In this document: positions 51,793 to 64,000 of the stretch, piece after piece
Layout of the letters: each line of letters begins with the position of its first letter
Position numbering within the stretch: the first letter of the stretch is position 1
NCBI GenBank assembly: GCA_951406725.2
Contig: OX597821.1
Span: 48,608,001-48,672,000, forward strand
DNA length: 64,000 nt
Source: Octopus vulgaris
Lineage: Eukaryota
Direction: 5' to 3'
The notes under the pieces: model-generated
Told to the model about the DNA's origin: nothing
What the model saw: the letters and a program-made list of their open reading frames with translations, nothing else
Databases searched by the model: none
Translations under genes and position numbers: made by a program

Positions 51793-53080
51793 CTAGCAGT
51801 ATCGCCCGGCGTTGCTCGGGTTTGTAAGGGAAATAACTATATAAGCATTTTTATTGAGTTATAGCAAAAAAATAGCAAAAAATGCATTAAAAATGGAATA
51901 AAAGATTATGGTAATTTTTTTTTTTAATCGTTGACTCATCGTAGACATTTTTAGAGAGTTACTTCCCTTATATAATAGCGAAAAATGCATTAAAATGGAA
52001 TAAAAAATGATGGTAAATTTTTTTTAAATCGTAGACTCATCGTAGACGCGCGCTAATACCCAGAAGGGCTCGATATGAATCACGACTATAAGATACCCGG
52101 TTTTGGTTACACTGCACCGCAAAATGTGGGAGTAGTTAGGAATCTAAATCGTAGGAGACAGACACACGACCTTACTTTTATATATAAAGATTTGTGCAAC
52201 AACTAAAACATTCGGTTGTGCAAATTGTTTGCACAGGAAACCTGCCCTGTGTGGCGGTAATTGCCGTTTTTGTGGATCTGTTTCAGCTTTTTTAGCGATT
52301 TTTGTTTTGGCGACTTCAAACCATGAAGTCGTTGTTCTAAAAGAACGTTGGTCTCCTTGACAACGCATTACGACGTTGATTTCCTTACACTCCCTTCCCC
52401 ACAGCTTCACGAGGGAGGGAAGAAGGGGGAGAAGCAAACAGGTGCAGGTGTGAGCGTGGACGCCAACTCCGCCGCCATCGACACACGAAAAAATGTGCAT
52501 TAAAATGGAATAAAAAATGATGTTAAATTATTTTTAAAATCGTAGACTCATTGTAGACGCGCGCTAATACCCAGACGGGCTCGATATGAATCACGACTAT
52601 AAGATACCCGAATTTGGTTAAACTGCACCGCAAAATGTGGGAGTAGTTAGGAATCTAAATCGAAGGGGACAGACACTCACACAACTACAGTTTTATATAT
52701 ATAGACTAGCAGTATCGCCCGGCGTTGCTCGGGTTTGTAAGGGAAATAACTATATAAGCATTTTTAGAGAAAAATAGCCAAAAAATAGCAAAAAAATGGG
52801 AAAAAATGATGGTAAATTTTTTTTTAAATTGTTGACTCATCGTAGACATTTTTAGAGAGTTACTTCCCTTATATAATAGCGAAAAAATGCATTAAAATGG
52901 AAAAAAATGATGGTAAATTTTTTTTTTAATCGTAGACACGCGCAAATACCCAGAAGGGCTCGATATGAATCACAACTATAAGATACCCGGTTTTGGTTAA
53001 ACTGCACCGCAAAATGTGGGAGTAGTTAGGAATCTAAATCGTAGGAGACAGACACACAACTTCTCTTTTATATATAAAGA
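51793..53080 (-). mobile_element. Head-to-tail array of non-autonomous Helitron units
   Basis: Minus strand: 5' TC ends at 53080, 52705 and 52190; 3' hairpin cccgagcaacgccggg plus CTAG ends at 52706 and 51793; outer flanks are A and T. Confidence 0.85.
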
Positions 53081-53118
53081 TAACAAGGGATTGGCTTTAC
53101 GGCTCACCACGCGCTGTA

Positions 53119-53460
53119 GGTTAACCGTGTACAAGATCCTGTTTCAAGCTTAAAGTAAAGAAATATTACTGCTGTCATCAGTGACAGTATTCCATAGCAT
53201 AAATTTACGAGTATCTCAAAATATGCATGCGAGCTGTGATGTCACATAACCAGTATCCATCCACACACAGAAATATACTGCAATATATTCTGCAGTACAT
53301 TTCTACGAGTGTAGATGGATATTGGTTATGCAATGTTGCAGCTCACATGCATGTTTTGAGATGCTCATAAATTTATGCTATGGAATACTGTTGCTGATGA
53401 CAGCAGTAAGTAATATTTCTTTACTTTAAGCTTGAAACAGGATCTTGTACACGGTTAACC
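53119..53460. repeat. Long hairpin with ~165-bp arms and an 8-nt loop; outer arms at 53080-53119 and 53560-53599
   Basis: 53119-53282 is largely the reverse complement of 53291-53460. Confidence 0.95.
53388..53454 (+). ncRNA. Type I hammerhead motif (mirror copy on the minus strand at 53125-53187)
   Basis: ctgttg CTGATGA c agc agtaag...tttact ttaa gct t GAA acagg at cttgt a cacgg. Confidence 0.6.
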
Positions 53461-53716
53461 GAAAAGTTGTTGATTCATTATTTTTATTTTGCTTTCCTAC
53501 AATATACTATGTTATTCTCAGAGATTTTAAGGTGGTAATAGGGCTTTTGGTGTCTATTTCTACAGTGTGTGGTGAGGTATAAAGCCAATCTCTTGTTATA
53601 ATTATGTATATGATTATAAAATATTTTGTAAAATTTACCTATGAGGTTTTTATTTCTGCACTAACCACCTGGTAAAATTATTAATGATTTTATCCTTTAT
53701 TATAATTATAGTTATA

Positions 53717-53779
<63 letters not shown>

Positions 53780-53849
53780 ACACATGAATATATGTATATA
53801 TACATAAATATAAATCCCGAGGAACTGCTAACATCATTACGCTTTACAA

Positions 53850-54722
53850 AAACAAAGGTGACCGTGGTGATTGTAACAATTACCGTGGAATATCTCTTAT
53901 CAGCAATCTTGGAAAGACCTTTGCTCGCGTTATCCTGTCCAGGCTACAACTGCTTGCTTCCCGAATTTATCCAGAATCGCAGTGTGGCTTTAGAAGAAGC
54001 AGATCAACTATTGATATGATATTCTCCATACGCCAACTTCAAGAGAAGTCCGGAGAGCAGAAAATGCCATTATATACGGCCTTCATTGACCTGACAAAGA
54101 CCTTCGACTTGATAAGTAGAAAAGGCCTCTTCATCCTGTTTCAAAAAATCGGATGTCCACCAAATCTGCTGAGGATCATCAAATCTTTCCATGATGATAT
54201 GCAAGGCACCATACAGCACAATGGTTCAACATCAGCCACCTTCCAAATAAAAAACGGGGTAAAGCAAGGTTGTGTCCTTGCATCTAAATTATTTGGCATC
54301 TTCTCGCTGCTGCTGTTACATGCCTTTGAGACATCAGATAATGGAGTATTTCTGCACAGTAGAAGTGACGGGAAACTGTTCAATCTCTCACGTCTGCGTG
54401 CCAAGAGCAACTGGGAAGCAGTTGCTAGCAACCGTGGAGATTGGCAACGCACCGTAGAAGAGGGAACACAAAGGAGTGACAGAGGGAGAGAAGAGAAATG
54501 GAAAGACAAGAAAAGACGTCAACAAAAAACTATGACATTACAACCAGCCTAGTAAAGTCATCGCTACACTTGCGGCACCTGCCAGAGGGAGTGTTTGTCC
54601 AGGATAGGAATACACAGCCACAGCAGGAGATGTATGAAGACATGAAATGTAAAAACCGGACTAGATTATTTTATGCGCAACCACATTGTCTCCCGAGACA
54701 GAAAGGATGCCAACAACAACAA
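53850..54722 (+). mobile_element. RTE-clade LINE with internal deletion and (CAA)n tail
   Basis: KGDRGDCNNYRGIS, QCGFR, MIFSIRQLQEK..EQKMPLYTAFIDLTK and GVKQGCVLA, jumping to WEAVASNRGDW. Confidence 0.92.
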
Positions 54723-54733
54723 TATAAATAAAT

Positions 54734-55106
54734 AGTGGCTGTGTGGTAAGTAGCTTGCTTACCAACCACATAGTTCCGGGTTCAGTCCCACTGCGTAGCA
54801 CCTTGGGAAAGTGTGTTCTACTATAGCCTCGGGCCGACCAAAGCCTTGTGAGTTGATTTGGTTGACAGAAAGTGAAAGAAGCCCGTCGTATATGTGTGTG
54901 TGTTTGTGTGTCTGTGTTTGTCCCCCCAACATCGCTTGACAACCGATGCTGGTGTGTTTACGTCCCCGTAACTTAGCGGCTCGGCAAAAGAGACCGATGG
55001 AATAAGTACTAGGCTTACAAAGAATAAGTCCTGGGGTCGACTTGCTCGACTAAAGGCGATGCTCCAGCACGGGCGCAGTCCAATGACTGAAACAAGTAAA
55101 GAGTAA
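54734..55106 (+). mobile_element. SINE family A copy
   Basis: Reverse complement of the 4571-4981 family. Confidence 0.92.
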
Positions 55107-55235
55107 ATATACATATATATATATATATATGTGTGTGAATAAATATATATATAAGTATATATATATATGTATATATATATATATGTATATATATATGTAT
55201 ATATATGTATATATATATATATGTATATATATATG

Positions 55236-55344
<109 letters not shown>

Positions 55345-55428
55345 ATATATATATATTTACATTAGGGAATGAAAATTCCGGCGTCACAGGGATTCAAATA
55401 AATTGAACTATTCTCGATAAGGAAATAT

Positions 55429-55634
55429 ACTCATTTACCTATTTCAGTCATTTGACTGTGGCCATGCTGGAGCACCGCCTTTTAATCGAGCAACTCGACC
55501 CCAGGACTTATTCTTTTGTAAGCCCAGTACTTATTCTATAGGTCTCTTTTGCCGAACCGCTAAGTAACGGGGACATAAACACACCAGCATCGGTTGTCAA
55601 GCAATGCTAGGGGGACAAACACACACACACACAC

Positions 55635-55674
<40 letters not shown>

Positions 55675-55832
55675 TACAGGCTTCTTTCAGTTTCCGTCTA
55701 CCAAATCCACTCACAAGGCATTGGTCGACCCGGGGCTATAGCAGAAGACACTTGCCCAAGATGCCACGCAGTGGGACTGAACCCGGAACCATGTGGTTGG
55801 TTAGCAAGCTACTTACCACACAGCCACTCCTG
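55429..55832 (-). mobile_element. SINE family A copy
   Basis: Similar to 4571-4981. Confidence 0.92.
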
Positions 55833-56699
55833 TCATTTAGAGATAGAAGTCCCCATGCAATTCATCAAATCCTAATATACATCACACCGTATCATAGAAT
55901 TTTATTTTAATACTTACTATTTCAGTTCCAACTTTCTCTTCTGCACCTGTTTCATGAGGTGCGTTTAACGTTCCCGAGACACTCAGTCTTTTTTCAGAAA
56001 CATGTCTTAACTGCAACCCCAATCATCAGGACTCTCCATAACTTTTCATAATTCTATTACTATTCCTATATTTTTATATTTTATCAGTTACGAATGTAAC
56101 TAACAAACATGCGGGTATGCCAATAAATTCGCCAAACCTTGCCGTGCAAGCCATAATTTGATTAATCAAAAATTAAAAATTTAACAAAACTAAAATCAAA
56201 CGTGACTTACGCCTATGAACATACATATGAATTAATAATATTTAGGAATGAAGAAAATTATATAATAATGAAAAGAATATATAATATAGTGATGATAAAA
56301 TAAACGGTGACAAAGAAATATATATTCGAATAAAAACTATATAAAAAATAACATAAAAATACCGTAAAAAATATCGTATAACAAGTGTCGTAAAAATATG
56401 TATGTTCAATCTACCGTTGTATAACATGGTCATAATTCAAGCTAAGTTCAACTTAACACCGCAAGACTCAGCGAAAATATCTAGAAATCTTTATTATAGG
56501 CATATAGCCTGAATAGAGAGTGGACATAACAACACAAAGCATGGGGTACATATGACGAAAGATAAAAAAAGATGATTATGAAATGAAATATTTACAACGA
56601 ATAGAATGGAATGGCTTACGAGCCCCACAAAGCTCGTAGTTTCATTTTACTGTTTATGAATACAGTTAAACTTATCCGGGGTATTCGTCCGTTTTGTGC

Positions 56700-58000
56700 T
56701 CTAGCAGTTGCTCCTGCTCCATGACGCTGGGAAAACTGTTGTAACGTACATAGAGACTGATACACACAATAGTGTTAATCTGTCCACTGTTTCATACTCC
56801 AACAATACTGCTTTCATTTCATTGCCATACATTCCAGGGTCTAACTTCACTCTTATTAGCCCTTTCATTATGGCTAGTCTTTTTTCGATTTCTTTGTCTT
56901 TTAGGTAATACATCAGTGCTCTAAAGTTCCTTCCCTTAAGTCTTCCTCCTTTTTACAAGCTTCCAGACGTTCCTCCACCCTTTTTGTCCATCCTTCAATT
57001 TTCTCCTGCATTTGATCTTCAGTTGATCTATCTGTTGCTTATTTCACTTCCCGAGTTCGATTATCTGGTGTCTCGTCAGCAGACTTCTTTTTTCCTTTTT
57101 TTCTTTTTTAGGTTTTTCGGTGGTGATTCCACCCGTGTTCTTTTTCTACCTTCCTTTTTCTCTTCCTCTTTTTCTTCTTTTCTCTCTTTTTCTTTCTCTT
57201 TCTCTAGCTCGTCGTATCTTACCATGTTATCCATGGTCATGAGCTCCTCTTCCGCATTCAATTCTCTCGTCTTCATTTTCTTTCTCTATCTCCGCTCTGA
57301 CATCTCTCATGAAGTCCTCCATGGTCATCTCTTCTACCTGTATTTCTCTTAGAGGACATATTGCCTTCATGTGCTCTCTGCTTTTACACTTATAACATAC
57401 TGGAGGTCTGCCTCCCACCATGACTCTCAGTCGGGTCTCATCGGGGAACACCAACTCCTCTGAGATGTTGTGCAAATCTGGCAGGGTTATGTGTATTAGT
57501 GCTTCTACTGCATAACCCCACCGGTTAATATCGTTAGACTTCTCCACCTTGAGGATATCTACCTCTTCCTTACAATTATATATAATTGCTGCTACCAGTC
57601 TTTCTATGTCTATTTCCGGTGGTACTTTACTAATTCGAACTCTCACCGCTCGCCTACCACAGTATGTAGGTAGGAGTACCCACCTAGTTGTTCTTAATGC
57701 TGTTGTTGCATGTCTTCTTGCTTCTTCGTTTTCGAAGCGTACTTCAACTGTGGCGTACTTTCTCCCTCTAGTGTAGAAGGTAGTTCTATCTTTAATCTCT
57801 TCTAGACACTGTTCTATCTCCTCTATTTCTGCCACTTCAATTCTTTTTGTGGCTACATTCCACGTTCTATATGTTATTTTGAACTGCATGTATCGGCGGT
57901 CTGATTCTTAGACAGTCTCCTTCTTTTTTAAAGCTGTCAAAATATTTCTTAAGACTTTCTTTTTCAATTCTCACTTCCTTCAACTGCAACGCATCGGCAG
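56700..58000 (-). mobile_element. LINE ORF1 (gag-like, L1/Tx1-type) remnant
   Basis: VRISKVPPEID...RVMVGGRPPVCYKCKSREHMKAICP CCHC zinc knuckle followed by a charged tail; frameshifted. Confidence 0.75.
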
Positions 58001-58479
58001 ACAGCCTTTTGCCTGCTGCTCTCATATAAGTCTCAGATTGTAATACCCAACAGTGGGCAGCAGCAAAACAGTTTTCAAAAATTCAACAATTAATACAACA
58101 TTCAAAATAACAGTTTTCAACAACAATTTGCAACAACAAAATTTAGCTCACAATCTCATCACCGTACACTCTGAAAAACCAACATTCAACTACCGTTTGG
58201 TGAAAATATCTATATTCCCACATACTTGCTGCTTCTTTTAAACTATTACTTAATTAGCATATTATCTTAAGAGTAACGATGGTGCAAGAAATAAATAAAT
58301 GCATTATGGGGGCATTACTTTTATTTCTTATTATTACCACCTTTGTTCACACTCGCCGCACTACTATACCTCCCCACATCGAATGGTAAGTTAATTTAAA
58401 CTAATACGTTCATAAATTTATTTCTTTATTTTAGGGTTGGACGTTATTAATTAAACACTTCAGTTTATGTTTACATTTT

Positions 58480-59500
58480 ACTTTTCTTTCCTCCTGAGCG
58501 TTAAGTGTTGGCCCATATCTCCATGAATTCATGGGTACATAACAGACATAACCTATTCCCAATTCTATACGACTTAGTTTTACTTATTATATCCAACTTT
58601 AATTCATATTTAGTATCTTTCGACTTTAACCTCCAAATGATTTTATTTAATCCTGTCGATTTCATTTAGTTTCTTATTTTTAAATGAATTCCTATGCTCT
58701 GCTATTCGTTGTTTAATTTTATTCGATGTGGATCCAATATACATTCTATCTGGATAACTTTCAATATCCGTATTATTTATTTCGCTTTTTTCATTTCCAT
58801 CTGCATTTACAGAAACCACACATTTATATACTACATCCATTACATTACATCTACCGTAATCTTACAGTGGTTTTTATCCCTACAATTGCAACTATTTTGG
58901 TCTTCAAAAAGTACCCTCCTATTAAGATGCTTATTTAATTTATCGTAGTAATATTTATTCAACCTATGCTTATTTAATGATGAGATGATGTTCCCTACAT
59001 TGTTGGTAGTAGAATATCCCACTCCTATATTATTTTTAGAGAATTTGTCTATATATTTTTTGTTTTCCATAATAAATGATTCTATTGTTTTTGTGATTTC
59101 TTTTATAATATTACTTTTAACTTGAGTTCCATATGGGACTATCAAACATATTGTTTTATTTTTACTTGTATTTATATTATTATCCCTCGTATCTTTATTT
59201 GCGCAAATATTGTTATTATCTTCTATATTATTTAAAGTTTGGTCTGAATTATAATTTTCGTTTAATTTTAAATACTTCCCCATTAATCCAATCCTATACT
59301 TATTCTTTATTCCATTTGTATTTTTTATGTTTTTATGTGTTTTATCAGCTGCTTGAATTCAATAAAATTACGATGTATTACCCTATTATGACTACTATAC
59401 TTATTATTTTTATTTTTATTTAAATTTCTATTCCCGTCTACGTTTTCTTTTATGTTTTTCCCTATATTAATATTATTTAGATTGTTTACGTTTTTGTATT
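58480..59500 (-). mobile_element. AT-rich Penelope-like element, GIY-YIG region
   Basis: CNCRDKNHC, DVVYKCVV and MYIGSTSNKIKQRIAEHRNSFKN. Confidence 0.85.
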
Positions 59501-60018
59501 TTGTGTAATTGTTACTATTTTTATTCTTATTATAGAATTTAATTTCTTCCTTGTGTCCAGCCTTCCTTAATGCTTCGTTGTAGTAGTCAGCATTTTGTTT
59601 TGAAGCTCTCGTAATTCGAAGAGAGCATTGAAATTCTATTCCAAATGTTATCTATCAATGTTTTCTTTATCTATTGCTGGGAATCAGAAATCAAACAAGA
59701 CATGTTTTTTCCTAATCGTATGAATTCTTGTGTCCAGAACACAAGTTCACAAAAACTTTTCTGAAAATTCCGCCTCCCACCAAAATATGAGGAATTATAT
59801 GGGGTGCTTAAACAGAATTCCGCCAAATATTTATTTAAATCTTTAACTTTACATCGCATCAAGTGAGTTCGTGTGTGTGTGTGGGTGTGTGTGTAAAAGA
59901 TATGTTTACCAACAAAAGTATGCTATTAACATAAATTATCTTTTACAACCATTTTAAAAATCACTGTTACCCGAATGAAGTTCCTTACACACATGCATGC
60001 GCACATATTGAGAAACAT

Positions 60019-60085
<67 letters not shown>

Positions 60086-61249
60086 ACGCGATATACTTTT
60101 TTTATAGAGGGTGAGGAAGTTTACCAAGAGAAAATGAAAGACAAATAGAGGGAGAGAGATCTTATCTGTCTCTGTCACAAATTTTGAAATTTTAAAATTA
60201 AATAAAAATTTTAAAATTTGATATATAGATGTACTTTTTCACACTGAATCCGAGTTTGGGATTCATTTACTCCGGAAAAAAATTGGGAAAATGTTACAGA
60301 AGTTTAACGTTTCATCATTTTTATACAATCAGAAGGCAAGATTTATGCGTTATAACTGTCATAAAATGAAAGTAAACGTTAGAAGAACAGATTTTAACAA
60401 AACGAAAGTTATGCGTGAAAGTTGTTGCATATACAATTAGAGTGAGTTTCAAAGTATATGGTAAATATATGAGTAAATAAAGTATATGGTAAATATATGT
60501 GAAGAGATACATTGATGGTGAAAGACCGAGAGTAGAACTGTTGTCGATCTAAAAGTTGAATTATTTCTTGAAGGAAATTATATTTTTTCATTATCTATGG
60601 CGGCGATTTTTTTCTTTGGATCGCAAATTTTGAAAATCAAATTTGTTTTTCTCGAGGATGCAACGTTTCCAAGCTCTTTTGGGTTTGTCGCTATAGATTT
60701 TAGGCAGAATTCAGAGCCAGCACTGCAGGTTACAAAGTTTCGTAAACGAAACCATCTATGTAAACCATGCAACTGAAAATTGAAAAAATAGTTAATGGGT
60801 GTATGTGCTTATTTCAAGAGTTATTGCTCTTTCATTAGTTCATACAGCAGCACCTTATATATTCATCTAACTTTTAAAATCTACATGTTTTTTACTCACA
60901 ATGTGAGGAGTTTCTATCTACCATTGTACATTTACGACCTTATTTTTTCTATCTACTGTCCTTTATACCTCACACTAGCCCTCCACTTATAATCTACTTC
61001 ACTCTCTCATTTTTTTCTTTGAAGATACTTAAACCGCTACTTTATGGATAGCTTATTTTTGCTGGGAAATGCACCATATGCGTATCTATTCTGGAAACAA
61101 CTGTAAGAAACTATCTGCATGCCTTTTTTTTCTTACAATCCTAACTACTTTGTTGTAACAACTCAACAATTATGTTTCAAATTATAAATCCCATCATCTA
61201 AACCGATACCAGTTGTTTGCTTGCTCATACTTTCTTTCTACTGTGCACA

Positions 61250-61407
61250 CGCACACACACACACACACACACACACGATGGGCTTCTTTCACTTTCCGTC
61301 AACCAAATCCACTCACAACGCTTTGGTCGGCCCGAGGCTATAGTAGAAGACATTTGCCGAAGGTACCACGCAGTGGGACTGAACCCATGTGGTTGGTAAG
61401 CAAGCTA
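61250..61407 (-). mobile_element. SINE family A partial copy
   Basis: gggcttctttcactttccgtcaaccaaatccactcacaa...ggttggtaagcaagctat. Confidence 0.85.
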
Positions 61408-61531
61408 TACATATATATTTATTTGATATATTCTCTCTCACCTCTTTACGAAAATAAACAAAAGACGAAGGCAGGTGGAGTACAAACAAACAATGTATTA
61501 GTATGGCGCTCAGGAATAGAAATAAAACAAG

Positions 61532-61569
61532 TCTTTTACGTTTCAAGCCTACGCTCTTCGATAGAAAGA
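61532..61569 (-). ncRNA. Minimal hammerhead-like motif with altered core
   Basis: Minus strand: tcttt CTATCGA a gagc gtag gctt GAA acgt a aaaga. Confidence 0.55.
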
Positions 61570-61869
61570 TACACAGAAAAGAAACAAGGAGAGAAAAAAA
61601 TTGCGTGTAGGGGCTAACGATCCAACATGGCGTCATATATATATATATATATATATATAACGTTATATATATATATATAACGTTATATAATTAGGGCTCA
61701 GTAAAATAATTTACTTTGCCACATACTGAAATTTTTAGAAATAGCAACCAAAAAGTTTTTTTTAGCCATTTCTACTACTTTAAGAAGAGTCTCCCAGATT
61801 TGTTTACTCAAAAATAATTCACGTAGATATGGAGGGAAAACACCAAAATATCACATGTACAAAGATTAT

Positions 61870-61932
61870 TTGAGAACGCTCACGTTTCTAGATTAGTCGA
61901 ATTAAAACTCGACATTTCTTTCGTCAGCTCAA
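61870..61932 (-). ncRNA. Type I hammerhead motif with closed helix III
   Basis: Minus strand: ttgag CTGACGA aagaaat gtcga gttttaat tcgac taatcta GAA acg tgag cgt t ctcaa. Confidence 0.65.
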
Positions 61933-62165
61933 CATTTCTTAATTTGGATTTGAAAGCACTAAAAAAACGAACATACCCGTCCGACATGAATCACCTCAGA
62001 CAAACATTTAAAAATTAATAAATAAATAAATTCATGGATGGATGTTATTTTCACAACGATAGTGCTCTTCTCAGTACATGAGCAGTTCCAGTTAATACGA
62101 TTTTTTGCACTTCCTGTAGGGATGGTAAGCCTGGAATTATTATTATTATTATTATTATTATTATT

Positions 62166-62754
62166 GAGTGAGCGAGCAGAGCATTCCATCAAAGTGACAC
62201 TGGGGTAAAATATACGAAGCCCAGTATACCCATCATGACTACCCGTCTGATAAGGGTACACAAGGCACATGCATCACAACCATATGTGCGCGACATGGTG
62301 ATCTCATATCAAGATAAACAGCACATGACCTTGCAGGTGGAGCCCAGTTAGAATTTTCTTCAGATCGAGTAACCCATCCCGCTCAAAAGGTCCCTGAATA
62401 AGGGTTGTTTAAGGACGTTGAACGAAACACCCATGTTTCCAGAGGTGAATTATTCAAACCCCAAAGAATCCTTCTCAACACATGGCTATGATGCTCCCCC
62501 ACTACTTCTGCTCGTGATCAGAGATGCACATATCGTCAGCCACTAAGGGACATGCTCAACTGGCTAAGGTCAAACAACTGACAAGCAAATCTGTGGTATT
62601 GAGCAGAATATTTGCTGTAGCCCATATTTTATACCAAGACAAAACAATGTACATGATAATACTTCCAATCAGTTAAGATCAGAAGCCATGAGAGTCACTG
62701 CCTGGTACTGCATCAGGGCATATACTGCATCAGGGCATGTACTGCATCAGGGCA

Positions 62755-62755
<1 letters not shown>
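62166..62755 (+). mobile_element. ~580-bp element inserted in (ATT)n, copy 2
   Basis: Reverse complement of 3322-3899; ends in three copies of tactgcatcagggca. Confidence 0.85.
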
Positions 62756-62796
<41 letters not shown>

Positions 62797-62820
62797 CATT
62801 ATTATTATTATTATTATTAT

Positions 62821-63075
62821 TCAGGTCACTGCTTACAATCGAACTCGAATCTTTGGGTTAGTAGTCCGCGCTCTTAACCACTTCGACATATGCCCGCAGC
62901 CCACCCTTTTTTTGGGAATGAGAGCCCAAGTTCGAAATTTCCCCAAGACACCTGATGAAGGCTGGAGGGTAGATAAGTCGAAGCGTGTTAACAACAAACA
63001 AGATGAGGACAAATATCCGTCAAATGTAAATGATGTAAATAATGTAGATAATTCCTCATCTCTTAAATATAGAAC
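62821..63075. mobile_element. Rearranged copy of the 3159-4098 composite; degenerate hammerhead at 62947-62989
   Basis: tRNA-like head on the minus strand (62821-62897) abuts the tail on the plus strand (62912-63075). Confidence 0.7.
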
Positions 63076-64000
63076 TGCGTTCTTTTTGTTTGTTTGCAAG
63101 TGTGTAGGTCAGTAGGTGTGCTCGCATGCAAGTGTGTACATGCATGTATGTATGTGTGTGTGCGTATGTACATATGTATGTGTATACGTATCTATGTATG
63201 TATTCTGCATATTCATGTGTTTGTATGTTTTTATGTGTGTGTTTGTGTTTGCATGTGTGTGTACCTCTGTCTCCTTGTGTGTGCATGTCTGAGTGTGTGT
63301 GTATGTGATTATGTGTTTTAGTCTTCATTTGTGTGTATGTGTGTGTGTGTGTGTGTGTGTACATATAACCCATATCTATCTGTTTACTTTCATATCCATA
63401 TGCCTACATACATGTGCATATACATATACACATATACACACATATATATATATATATATATATTTACATAACAGCCCGCTAACTATTCTACCTGTATATA
63501 AGTATAAACTGTGGGTATGGGTGTGTGATTACTATGTATATTTCCTATTTAATACTGGAGATATTTCATTTATGAGAACATACTTATTCCACACCGAGGT
63601 ACGAAATATTTACCGAAAGAATAAAATCTTGTACGAGTTATACCTGAATTTTAATTCATTCAAATTAATGTACCTCATCTCGAAAAGTCACAAAATTTTT
63701 GTCGGTTGCCATCTGGGATAATTTTAGTAACAAATCAAACAGGTAAGGTGCATTAAGAATTTCAGTTTTTGTGTTTATTGCATTTAACACCTGTTAATTA
63801 AATTTACCCGCCCTTAAAAATCAAATTTACTCAGCAAGATCAGCTAAAATTACATAACTATATACCAGTTATATATAAAGCACTCACTGACAAAATTTCA
63901 AATCTGTATGTAAAAAAACTAGCAAACGCAACCGTCCTTTGAACGGTTTAAGTTGCTTTCGTGGTATATTTTTCACCAAATAATTGAACTACCGAGAAGG

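Overview
AT-rich, repeat-dense animal genomic DNA. The SINE families and the abundant (TA)n, (CA)n, (CATA)n and (AAT)n tracts suggest an octopod cephalopod; this is an inference, not a database result. One host protein-coding gene is supported: an intron-containing, minus-strand phosphonoacetaldehyde hydrolase (phosphonatase, PhnX-like). Its CDS exons are 35062-35404 and 31453-31952 (280 aa), with canonical phase-matched GT-AG junctions and the catalytic motifs intact. The rest is mostly transposon-derived: several tRNA-derived SINE families, mariner, pogo/Tigger, Chapaev3-like, Merlin-like, piggyBac, Helitron, Gypsy, RTE, an L1/Tx1-type ORF1, R4/Dong-like RLE elements and Penelope-like elements. 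Reading by eye also shows about 11 type I hammerhead ribozyme motifs, two of them with compensatory core swaps (G3-C8 and U3-A8), several long fold-back hairpins, and elements that appear to target microsatellites. Most ORFs in the supplied track are microsatellite artefacts. Repeat boundaries are approximate and family names come from recalled motifs, not searches.
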